Shown: positions 19,694-28,230 of the stretch, in pieces | How the letters are laid out: every line of letters begins with the position of its first letter | How positions within the stretch are numbered: position 1 is the first letter of the stretch | From: Vulcanimicrobiota bacterium | GTDB taxonomy: Bacteria > Vulcanimicrobiota > Xenobia > Xenobiales > JADMJV01 | DNA length: 64,000 bases | Direction: 5' to 3' | Assembly: GCA_050250895.1 (NCBI GenBank) | Contig: JBFWNU010000001.1 | Span: forward strand, 2,724,891-2,788,890 | Notes under the pieces: model-generated | What the model was told of the DNA's origin: nothing | Database searches by the model: none | The model's input: the letters and a program-made list of their open reading frames with translations, nothing else | Translations under genes and position numbers: made by a program

Positions 19694-20130
19694 ACGGGCA
19701 CCTGCACGACCAGTTCCTTGTTGTCCTCGGCGTGGTTGGTGGGGGCGCCCTGGGTCTGGTCGTTGCCCACGTTCTCGCGCCAGGTCAAGGTGAGAGTCAC
19801 GATGTCGTTGTTGTCGGCGGCGTTGCCGATGAAGCTGCCGTTCTGGAACTCGATTTTCTTGTGCAGGATCATCTGCTGCTGGCGCCCTTTGATAAAAAGC
19901 ACAGCCGGAGTGTCGGTCTCTTCGCTCCAGTTCTTGGGAGCCGGCTCGCCGTAGGGGTGAGCCTCGAACTCCTCGAGGTAGTTGATGGCCACTCGCGCGG
20001 CCAGCGTACGCATGCGGCTCTGGGCCGATTGGCGGGCGCTCGACGAAAAGACCGAGAAGAAGGTGAAGAAGCCCAGAGTCATCAGAATCAGGGCGATCAC
20101 GATTTCGACTACGCTAAAGCCTCGCCTCAT
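19684..20130 (-). CDS. Prepilin-type (PilV-like) minor pilin
   Basis: MRRG|FSVVEIVIALILM; ATGA overlap with upstream gene. Confidence 0.8.
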   Translation of the reverse strand: MRRGFSVVEIVIALILMTLGFFTFFSVFSSSARQSAQSRMRTLAARVAINYLEEFEAHPYGEPAPKNWSEETDTPAVLFIKGRQQQMILHKKIEFQNGSFIGNAADNNDIVTLTLTWRENVGNDQTQGAPTNHAEDNKELVVQVPVWR

Positions 20131-23093
20131 CGGCTCCACCCCTCGCTGACCACCTTGGTAAAGCCGCTGGTGACGTCGATGGCGGTGCTGCCTTTTTGTT
20201 GGTCGCGAGCCTCACCATACAGGAAGTCGGCGCCGCGCCCGATGAAATCGGACGGGGAATCGGCCGGCAGGTGGAGCGAGGCGCGCCCGAAGTAGGGCAC
20301 ATAGAGCAGACGCCCGTTGATCTCGATGTCGCCGTTGAGCACTGTCACGGTTCCCACCACATTGCGGCAGTTGGCCCGGAAGCTGTTTTTGGCGACGAAC
20401 ATCCCCGAGGCCACCAGAGGGGTGACGCTACTGCTCGAGCCGTTGCTGTCAAAGCCTATCGCGATGTCCTCGGCGTAGATGAAGACCCCCGGCACCTCGC
20501 GCAGGATGCCGTCGTCTACCGAGTCGATGATCCGCTGCTTGAGCTGGTCGAGCACCTGGTTGAGGACATCTTTGACCTTGTCCATGGCTTGATTGATAAA
20601 CTTCTTGGCCAGATCTTCCAGGCTGTCGATACCGCTATCAAAGCCGGCCAGATCGATGATGGTGTCGAGGGCGTCGCCGATGAAGGAGCCGCCGGGAATG
20701 GCCGCGGCCGCCAGGATTTTCGTGATCACCTTCTGGATGACTTTCTTGACCACGAATACGGCCAGATCGGTCAGCACATCGGTGGCGAAGGTCTTGAGTT
20801 CTTCCTTCCAGTCGAAGTCGACGGTGATACCGCTCAGCGAAAGGCCGGTCAAGCCCTGACCCGCTTTGATGGGATCGATCTTGGGCACCATCGGAACCAC
20901 GCCTTCGCCGAAGAACCACCAGTCACAATGGGTGTAGAGGTTCTCGCCCAGGTTCCAGTTGAGCACCGGGGTATACAGGTAGGTCAGTGCCCGGAAGATG
21001 GTTACGTACATGTTCTTGTGGGGCAACGGGATCGGCGTAGGAACCGGGACTTCGATGACCGGAATAATCGTGATCTGGAAGGTGGTGGCGAACTGGGCCG
21101 GATAAGGGCGTCGCATGTGGAACGGGCCAACCAGTTTGGCCAGGTTGGGGGCCACGTTCACGAAAATGGGGGTGATGGCGTCAGCCGCCTGGACCAGCGC
21201 TGGAGCCTTGAGCACATCGCCCACCCAGCGAGCCAGATCGTCGAGAGTCGCACCGGCAAAAGAGCCGTTGCGCAGGGTGACTTTGCCTCCGCATAGGATG
21301 GAGGCATTCAGCGGATGGATCTGTCCCGGCCGCGAGCCCACCAGCACCGAGCCCAACAGGTTGCTGCCCACCGCTTCGAAGTCTTTGCCCACCACCAAAG
21401 TGGCTCCCTCTTCGAGGAACAACCGGCCTTTGGGAAAGAACGGATTGAGCGACTGGGCGGTGCTCGAAGAGGGCTTTACCAGCGTCAGATTGCCGGTCAC
21501 GGCGAAGACGCCACCCTTTTGCACCCAGACATCGCCGGTCACGGTCATGTCCCCGTCGAAGCGGAAGGTGCGTCCGCGCGGCACCGTCCAGGTCACGGCC
21601 GACTCGAGTTCGCGAGAACCCGAGAAGCTGGTCTTGACATCGAAAAGATCGCTGGTGTCTCGGGTCTTGTCGCTGCCGAAGTGGACGATACGCACCCGCG
21701 GGGCGATGGCGTCGAAGGCGGTGTCAAGATCGAGGGTCAGCATGCCCTCGATGATCTTGGCGAAGCTGTTGATGACCCAGGAATAGCTCCACCCTACCGT
21801 TCCCGACTTCTTGGGAATATCGTCGATGTCGTCCTGGCGGGTGGCGGGCGGGTCTTTAATGTTGCCACCCGTCTGGTTTTCGATCTTCTTGCGGCTGGCT
21901 TCGGCGTTGTCCTTGAGGTTCTGCTCGGCGTCTTTATACTGCTTCTCGATCTTGTCGAGCTCTTTTTGAGCGTCGTCAAGATCCTTCTGCAGGTCGGCCT
22001 TTTTGTTTTTGTCGCTCTCGGCGTTGACCTTGGCCTGCAGGTCCTGGACCTTCTTCTTGGCTGCCTCCCATTTCTCGCGCAGCGCTTTGAGTTCTTTGGC
22101 CGAATTCTGACCCTTCGCTTCATCGGCACCGTCAAAGCTGGCCAGATCCGAAACAAACGGCACGAAGAAATAGACTTCGTAGAACAAGCCGGGGATGGTC
22201 TGGGCGATGACCGGGATGATCGGCATGCGGAAGTTCATCGCTTCTTCCAGCGTCGGGCTGAAGGTGCCGCTGTCGAAGTCTCCGCCGGTGAACAACGAGA
22301 AGACCTCGCCGACTTTGGAAAAGATGTTCCCGGCGATCAGTCTGGTTTTGTCTCCGGAAATCGACTTGCCTTCGAGCGTCTGCTTGGCCTGTTCGCAGGC
22401 TGCCGCCAATTGACCGGAGTAGTCGCGCAGGGGCGCCCCGTGGGCGAAGGCGACGGCCAGGCCATCGTCGATTTCTACTCCGCCTTTGGAGTAGGCGTAG
22501 CCATAACGCAGTTTGTCCAGGTCGATTTTGCCGCTGGCGAAGAGCAGGGCCGCTTCGCCCGAGGGAGCCTCGCCGGCATCCTGGACTTTGTCATTGGCGA
22601 AGGTGGGGTTGGACCAACCAAACACCTCGCTGATGGTGATCTTTCCTTTGGGAGCGTAAGCCGCATAGGTGGCCCCTTCGCGACTGACCACCTCCCACTT
22701 GCGGGGTCCGAACACGCGCAGGGCAAGATCGCTGGTCTTGGGCTTGACCTTGAACTCGCGAACGGTCGGGGGGGACTCGGTGTCTTCCTGCGGGGCCAGG
22801 TCGGGCATGCCGGTAAAAAGCTTGCTGGCGACGATGGTCTCGATCTTGCTGGGATGGTCATCTTCGGTGTCACCCGAGACCGACACCCAGGAAGGCTCGG
22901 CGGCCGCGCTGGTTTGCAGTTCGTGGGCCACCTCGTAGCGGCGTCCCTGTTCAAAGAGGAGCTCGGCTTCAGCCTGCATCATGGTACGCCGGCTGGTAGC
23001 CTGCTGATAATGCAGGCCCGCCACCAGCGTGATCAGGATGAACAGCATCGCCATGACGACCGGCAGTAGGGCGGCACGGCGACGGCACTTCAT
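20127..23093 (-). CDS. Large PilX-like protein with coiled-coil and helical inserts
   Basis: 988 aa; RRRA|ALLPVVMAMLFIL N-terminus; central K/E/Q-rich coiled coil; beta-repeat segments. Confidence 0.65.
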   Translation of the reverse strand: MKCRRRAALLPVVMAMLFILITLVAGLHYQQATSRRTMMQAEAELLFEQGRRYEVAHELQTSAAAEPSWVSVSGDTEDDHPSKIETIVASKLFTGMPDLAPQEDTESPPTVREFKVKPKTSDLALRVFGPRKWEVVSREGATYAAYAPKGKITISEVFGWSNPTFANDKVQDAGEAPSGEAALLFASGKIDLDKLRYGYAYSKGGVEIDDGLAVAFAHGAPLRDYSGQLAAACEQAKQTLEGKSISGDKTRLIAGNIFSKVGEVFSLFTGGDFDSGTFSPTLEEAMNFRMPIIPVIAQTIPGLFYEVYFFVPFVSDLASFDGADEAKGQNSAKELKALREKWEAAKKKVQDLQAKVNAESDKNKKADLQKDLDDAQKELDKIEKQYKDAEQNLKDNAEASRKKIENQTGGNIKDPPATRQDDIDDIPKKSGTVGWSYSWVINSFAKIIEGMLTLDLDTAFDAIAPRVRIVHFGSDKTRDTSDLFDVKTSFSGSRELESAVTWTVPRGRTFRFDGDMTVTGDVWVQKGGVFAVTGNLTLVKPSSSTAQSLNPFFPKGRLFLEEGATLVVGKDFEAVGSNLLGSVLVGSRPGQIHPLNASILCGGKVTLRNGSFAGATLDDLARWVGDVLKAPALVQAADAITPIFVNVAPNLAKLVGPFHMRRPYPAQFATTFQITIIPVIEVPVPTPIPLPHKNMYVTIFRALTYLYTPVLNWNLGENLYTHCDWWFFGEGVVPMVPKIDPIKAGQGLTGLSLSGITVDFDWKEELKTFATDVLTDLAVFVVKKVIQKVITKILAAAAIPGGSFIGDALDTIIDLAGFDSGIDSLEDLAKKFINQAMDKVKDVLNQVLDQLKQRIIDSVDDGILREVPGVFIYAEDIAIGFDSNGSSSSVTPLVASGMFVAKNSFRANCRNVVGTVTVLNGDIEINGRLLYVPYFGRASLHLPADSPSDFIGRGADFLYGEARDQQKGSTAIDVTSGFTKVVSEGWSR

Positions 23094-23806
23094 TCGGCTT
23101 CCTCGGCGTCGAGGTAACGGGTCGGCTCGGCCAATTCATGCAGACTGGCCACCGTGGGCGCCTCGGCACTGGGCTTCCAAAACCGGAAGATCAGTGACCA
23201 CTTCAGCTGGACCATCATCAGGTAGTAAAGAATAAAGTAGAAGAAGAAAAGCGAACTTAGCAGGCTGACCACAGGCACCGTCTGGGCCGGATAGACGGTG
23301 AAGTAGACCACGAAGCCGATCAGGTGCGAACCGATGCCCAGGTTGAGCAGGATTTTCTCGCGCAAACCGATGGTTTCGTCGGCCAGCACGTCTTGAATGG
23401 CCCAGGGTAGCGCCACCAACCAGAGGAGCGCTCCGCCGCAGATGTGACCGACCACCAGCGGGCCGGCCAGTTTAGACTCGCTGTATTGATGCACCAGATA
23501 GCCGAGCAGGCAGGCCTTGGTCAGCAGCAAGCCGCCGATGGGACCGGTCCACAACCAGAGCTTGGTCCAATCGTTGACCGGGCCTTTGAGCTTGGCCACG
23601 GGCGAGCGGCGTAGCAACCAGCGGCAGGCTTCGAGTCCGCCCCACGACATCCCCAGCTGAGCAAATAGCAGCAGCGTCTTCCAGTAGTCTGGCTTGATGA
23701 TGGGATGCTCGCGGTGGATCCAGAAGGCGAAGACCTCAAGACCCGTCACGACCAAAAACATGGCGAAGACCCTCAGCAAACCTTCATCCTTTCTGATACT
23801 GCTCAA
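23090..23806 (-). CDS. Multi-pass membrane protein, unknown function
   Basis: 238 aa with about six hydrophobic segments; overlaps flanking genes. Confidence 0.65.
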   Translation of the reverse strand: MSSIRKDEGLLRVFAMFLVVTGLEVFAFWIHREHPIIKPDYWKTLLLFAQLGMSWGGLEACRWLLRRSPVAKLKGPVNDWTKLWLWTGPIGGLLLTKACLLGYLVHQYSESKLAGPLVVGHICGGALLWLVALPWAIQDVLADETIGLREKILLNLGIGSHLIGFVVYFTVYPAQTVPVVSLLSSLFFFYFILYYLMMVQLKWSLIFRFWKPSAEAPTVASLHELAEPTRYLDAEEAE

Positions 23807-24305
23807 CTGCGAATCTGGGCTTGGCGCCCTTACGCCTGAAGACGTCGGACTTCAGGCAGACCACTCGGTCGAGAAACAGGACCCCGTCGAGATGGTCGAT
23901 CTCATGTTGGAGACAGACCGCCTCAAAGCCTGTTGATTCGAAAACTCGCATGGCTCCATTTTTGTCGAGGGCGCGAACCACGATGGTTTCGGCCCGGGCC
24001 ACGTTGGCGGTGAACTCTGGGATCGAGAGGCAGCCTTCGCGGCCAATCTTCGAGCCTTGTTTTGACACCAGTTCGGGGTTGACCAGGATCAATCGACCGT
24101 GGCCCTCTTTGGGGCTGACGTCGACCGCGATCACGCGCAGGTCGACGCCGATCTGGGGGGCGGCCACGCCCACGCCGGGACAGGCCTCCAGAGTGTCTTC
24201 AAGATCTTGCAATACCCGCCGCACCTCGTCGGTGAAGTCCTCCACCGGGCGGCAAACCTTTTTGAGAATCGGATCCGGATATAAAACGATGGGGCGAACG
24301 GGCAT
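23784..24305 (-). CDS. def: Peptide deformylase
   Basis: GVGVAAPQIG, EGCLS, QHEIDHLDG. Confidence 0.97.
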   Translation of the reverse strand: MPVRPIVLYPDPILKKVCRPVEDFTDEVRRVLQDLEDTLEACPGVGVAAPQIGVDLRVIAVDVSPKEGHGRLILVNPELVSKQGSKIGREGCLSIPEFTANVARAETIVVRALDKNGAMRVFESTGFEAVCLQHEIDHLDGVLFLDRVVCLKSDVFRRKGAKPRFAVEQYQKG

Positions 24306-24307
24306 CT

Positions 24308-24850
24308 TTAGAGGTGGGCCGTCTCCAGGGGCCGGACGGTAATGTCGACGCTGAGTTCCTTTGCCAGCTCTTTCAACCCCGCTTCGAATCCGCCAATCAC
24401 CGCCGACTCGGGCACATCGACCTCGAGGATCATGATGTAGACCGGCGAGCCCTGTCCCACCATCCGGGTATTGACGTCAGTGATGTTGACCTTTCTCTCG
24501 GCCAGACCGCGCGTAACCTGATGCACGATGCCGGGCCGGTCAGCGCCATAGACCGAGACGATGTAGGGCACGCCTGGCTCGCTCTCGGCCTGCTCGGTGT
24601 GGGCCGGCAACTCACGAAAGGACAAAATCAGGCGAAGTTGTTCCGCCACTTTCTGGAGTTCGTCCGAAAGAGCTTGTTCGGGAGTCTGGTCTGGCAGGGC
24701 AACGATCAAAATCATGGCGAACTCGCCCCGCAAGATGGTCATCGATGAATCTTCGATGTTGCAGCCGTGCAGAAAGAGAACCCGGCTGACTTCGGCCACG
24801 ATGCCCGGGCAGTCGCTACCCACCGCTGACAACGCCATCTTTCTCGACAT
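24308..24850 (-). CDS. Tandem ACT-domain protein (GcvR-like)
   Basis: GSDCPGIVAEVS..GCNIEDSSM and GADRPGIVHQVT..VNITD. Confidence 0.85.
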   Translation of the reverse strand: MSRKMALSAVGSDCPGIVAEVSRVLFLHGCNIEDSSMTILRGEFAMILIVALPDQTPEQALSDELQKVAEQLRLILSFRELPAHTEQAESEPGVPYIVSVYGADRPGIVHQVTRGLAERKVNITDVNTRMVGQGSPVYIMILEVDVPESAVIGGFEAGLKELAKELSVDITVRPLETAHL

Positions 24851-24929
24851 CTGACCCCACCTCCAGAAAACTTTGGGGCACGGTTCTCGCTCTCGAGGAG
24901 TTAACCCTTTGCAGGTTCACGAGGGGCCG

Positions 24930-26648
24930 ATGAAAAAGGGCGGGCTAGTGAAAAGCCTCAGACAGCTAGTAATGGTCGGGTTGGCTTTGTTGATCTGGTC
25001 GGTCGCTCCCGGTTGGGCTCAGCTTTTGCCCGAACCTGACGCCGAGACTCCGACGCCCGTGTCGGTCGAGGCGACCGAATCGCCCGAGGCGGGCAAGACC
25101 AGCCCGCGCGACGCGGTGGCCGACTTCCTCAACATCATGCGTGAGGCAGGTCCTTTGCGGCCGGACCTATACCTGGCTGCTCGCCAGTATCTCGATCTGT
25201 CGGGTGTGCCCAGTGTGGTGCGCGACGAGAAAAGCGTTACCCTGGCCAACGACCTTTACAACGTCTTGATGGCCGCCGATGTGGACCTGGCCAGCCTCCC
25301 CGACACCGACCCCGGTCTCGACCGGGTCCGCGTCTATCGCCAGCCCACCGGTGACGAGATCTACCTGGTGCGGGCCGACGACGGCTCGTGGCAGTTCTCG
25401 GCCGACAGCTTGGCCGGCCTCAACCGCATGTATGGGGTGCTGGCCACCAAAGGCAAACTGGCCAGCCTCGAGGTGCCGGCCTGGCTTGACTTTCGCTTTC
25501 TCGGTCTGGCCGGGCTGCAGTGGTTGCTGCTGGTCTGCATTCCCTTTCTGTCCTGGTTTTTTGGTCGGGTCTGCGTACTGGTGGTTCGTCGGCTGGTGAA
25601 AAAGCGCCTCGAGAGCGAAAGCTTCGGTATCTCGCCCGATGAGCAGAAGAAGGTCCTGCGGCCGCTCGGCTGGTTGATCGGCAGTCTGATGGCCTGGGTC
25701 GGCTTCACGGCTTTGATGCTGCCCGAGGCGATGCTGGTGTTGCTGGCCATCCTCTGCAAACTGGTAGCGACCTCAGCTGCGGTCCTTTCTGCCTACCGCT
25801 TTTGCGACGTGCTGGCCATCTTCTTGCATCACGTGGCTAGCCGGACCGAATCGACCTTCGACGACATGCTGGTGCCGCTGGTGCGCCGCTCCCTCAAGGT
25901 CGTCATCACCATCATCGGCCTGCTCTTCATCGCTCAGAACCTGGATCTCGAGGTGTGGAGCCTGTTCGCCGGATTCTCGGTCGTCGGAGCCATGGTGGCC
26001 CTGGCCGGCCAGGACATGGTCAAGAATTTCTTCGGTTCGCTGACGGTCTTGATGGACCGACCCTTCTCGGTCGGAGATTGGGTTGTAGTGGAAGGCGTGG
26101 AAGGAGTGGTAGAGGATGTGGGCTTTCGCTCGACCCGGATCCGCACGTTCTATGACTCGGTCATCTCGTTGCCGAACTCGCGACTGATCACGGCTCACGT
26201 GGACAATTACGGAGCCCGCACCTATCGGCGCTACACTACCAAGCTCAATCTTCTCTATTCCACTGCGCCCGACCGTCTCGAGGCTTTCTGCGAGGGCATT
26301 CGCGAGTTGGTCCGGATTCATCCCCATACGCGCAAAGATTCCTTTCAGGTGTGGGTCAACGACATGTCCGAATACTCCCTTCAGGTGCTGCTCTATGTCT
26401 TTTGGAAGTGCCCTGATTGGGAGAGCGAACTACGAGAGCGCCATCGCTTCCTGGTGGATGTCCATCGGCTGGCCCGCAGTCTCGAACTCGAGTTTGCTTA
26501 TCCCACCAACACCGTGCACCTCGACCGAGAATCGCCCGAATTGGGCAGCCCCGCGCTGACCCACGAGTCCGGAGAGCTCGCGCGCGAACAGGGCCGAGAG
26601 CTGGTCGGAACCTTGACCGCCGCCAGTCTGCCCGAGACCACTGCTTGA
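24930..26648 (+). CDS. MscS-family mechanosensitive channel with N-terminal periplasmic domain
   Basis: ALAGQDMVKNFFGS, DRPFSVGDWV, GVVEDVGFRSTRIRT, PNS, FAYPT; start uncertain (24930 or slightly downstream). Confidence 0.9.
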   Translation: MKKGGLVKSLRQLVMVGLALLIWSVAPGWAQLLPEPDAETPTPVSVEATESPEAGKTSPRDAVADFLNIMREAGPLRPDLYLAARQYLDLSGVPSVVRDEKSVTLANDLYNVLMAADVDLASLPDTDPGLDRVRVYRQPTGDEIYLVRADDGSWQFSADSLAGLNRMYGVLATKGKLASLEVPAWLDFRFLGLAGLQWLLLVCIPFLSWFFGRVCVLVVRRLVKKRLESESFGISPDEQKKVLRPLGWLIGSLMAWVGFTALMLPEAMLVLLAILCKLVATSAAVLSAYRFCDVLAIFLHHVASRTESTFDDMLVPLVRRSLKVVITIIGLLFIAQNLDLEVWSLFAGFSVVGAMVALAGQDMVKNFFGSLTVLMDRPFSVGDWVVVEGVEGVVEDVGFRSTRIRTFYDSVISLPNSRLITAHVDNYGARTYRRYTTKLNLLYSTAPDRLEAFCEGIRELVRIHPHTRKDSFQVWVNDMSEYSLQVLLYVFWKCPDWESELRERHRFLVDVHRLARSLELEFAYPTNTVHLDRESPELGSPALTHESGELAREQGRELVGTLTAASLPETTA

Positions 26649-27472
26649 GAATCCTGGCCCTGCTGCTGCTACTGAGTTGTCAGGCCCTGGCCCAGGTGGG
26701 CAGCCTGGTATCGCTATCGGGCACCGAGGTCAAACTCACCTCGCTGCATTATCGCTTCGACCTGACCGAGCCGAAGGCTCGCCTCAGCCTCGAGGCCACT
26801 CTGGTCAATACCACGGATCGAGCGCTTGACGCCCACTACTTGCTGTTGGCTACCCAGGCGCGTCCTCCGGTCGAACTCGACGGCCGACCCTTACCCGTCG
26901 AGTCGACCTCGCGGGGCGAGTTTTACGGGCATGCCTTTCTGGTGCCCCTGTCACCCCACGAAGAGGCCCGACTGACCTCTCGCGTGACCGTGGTCGGCGA
27001 GCCGGCCTTTGATGCCGGACGGCGTGGCTACCGCTACCATCTGGTGGTGCCGGGAGATGGGACCACCGAGTTCGAGTTCGAGCTGCCCGAGTCTCTTTGG
27101 CTCGGCTCGGCCCTATCGCTCGAGTCCACCGAACCCGGCCGTTATCGGGCTCGGGCCCTGACCGGTCAGGTGGCTTTCACCGTCGGCCCCAAGGCCGACC
27201 TCGGATTCGCCCTGGCGTTGGGCGGGCCCATGGTGGTTTTCTTGCTGGCCAGTCTTATCGCTCTTCGGTGTCGACCGGCCGTGGGCCTGACTCTGGCCAT
27301 GCTGCTCGCCGGCGCGACCTATCAGGCCCTCAGTAAATCGGTCTGGCTGATCTGGTCGACCGAGCCGGCCGTCGAGGACCTGCTGAGGTGGTCGCTGGTG
27401 CTGGCGGTCACGGGGGCCGCCGTGGTCACCACCGCTGCCGGAGGAGTGCGTGAGCCTGCTGAGCGAGAGTGA
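26645..27472 (+). CDS. Hypothetical protein with signal peptide and C-terminal TM helices
   Basis: TTGA overlap with MscS stop; (M)RILALLLLLSCQALA; three hydrophobic C-terminal segments. Confidence 0.6.
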   Translation: MRILALLLLLSCQALAQVGSLVSLSGTEVKLTSLHYRFDLTEPKARLSLEATLVNTTDRALDAHYLLLATQARPPVELDGRPLPVESTSRGEFYGHAFLVPLSPHEEARLTSRVTVVGEPAFDAGRRGYRYHLVVPGDGTTEFEFELPESLWLGSALSLESTEPGRYRARALTGQVAFTVGPKADLGFALALGGPMVVFLLASLIALRCRPAVGLTLAMLLAGATYQALSKSVWLIWSTEPAVEDLLRWSLVLAVTGAAVVTTAAGGVREPAERE

Positions 27473-28148
27473 ACTCGAGCGCCGGGACGTGGTGGCCAAT
27501 TGCTCGATGAATCGGGAACGCGGTCTGGCCAGCTATGTCCGAGAACTCCGCTTCGACCCGCTCGGACAACTGGCCGCCGGGGATTGCTGGCTTGACCTTG
27601 GCTGCGGTCAGGGACGGGCTTTGCGCGAGGCAGCCGAGCGTCGCCCGGATCTCCGACTCTTCGGAGTCGACCTGGTATTGCCCGAGCCTTCGCCTGACGT
27701 TGCGTTCGTGGCGGCGGCGGCCCGCCATTATCGACCCCGCCAACGCTTCGGCCTGATCACGATGGTCCACTCACTCCACTATGTGGGCGACAAACTGGGT
27801 TTGCTCGAGCGGGCGTCCCAATGGCTCGAGGAGCGGGGCCGACTGGTGGCCCACCTCGACCTGGCCAACCTGCGCTGGCCTGACGGTCGCCGGGCCGGTC
27901 CCTGGCTGGTCGGCCAGTTGCGTCAGGGTGGTTGGCTCTATCAGGCGCGCCTTCGCCTGCTCTCGCGGGTGGGACCGGCCCCGTTCGGCCCGGAGGTTGA
28001 ATTCCTTGGGGCTGACCCCTCCGCGGGCCCGAACTTCACCGGCCAGGCTGCCGTCCACTCGGTCTACCGTCGCGCACGAACTTTCGACGAAAAACATGTA
28101 ACAAAAGAAATTTCTGGCCGACGTCAAGACCCGAATGGGCAACTTTAG
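27450..28148 (+). CDS. Class I SAM-dependent methyltransferase
   Basis: WLDLGCGQG, FGVDL, LHYVGD. Confidence 0.8.
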   Translation: MSLLSESELERRDVVANCSMNRERGLASYVRELRFDPLGQLAAGDCWLDLGCGQGRALREAAERRPDLRLFGVDLVLPEPSPDVAFVAAAARHYRPRQRFGLITMVHSLHYVGDKLGLLERASQWLEERGRLVAHLDLANLRWPDGRRAGPWLVGQLRQGGWLYQARLRLLSRVGPAPFGPEVEFLGADPSAGPNFTGQAAVHSVYRRARTFDEKHVTKEISGRRQDPNGQL

Positions 28149-28196
28149 CTCGATCTGGACGGCCTTGGATGCGATTTTGGGAACAGGTTTTCCCGG

Positions 28197-28224
28197 TTGA
28201 CATCGTCTTCTGGATGGATATAAT
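28197..28224 (+). promoter_or_regulatory. Consensus sigma70 promoter driving the non-coding unit
   Basis: TTGACA (28197-28202)-N16-TATAAT (28219-28224). Confidence 0.85.
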
Positions 28225-28230
28225 CAAAAT

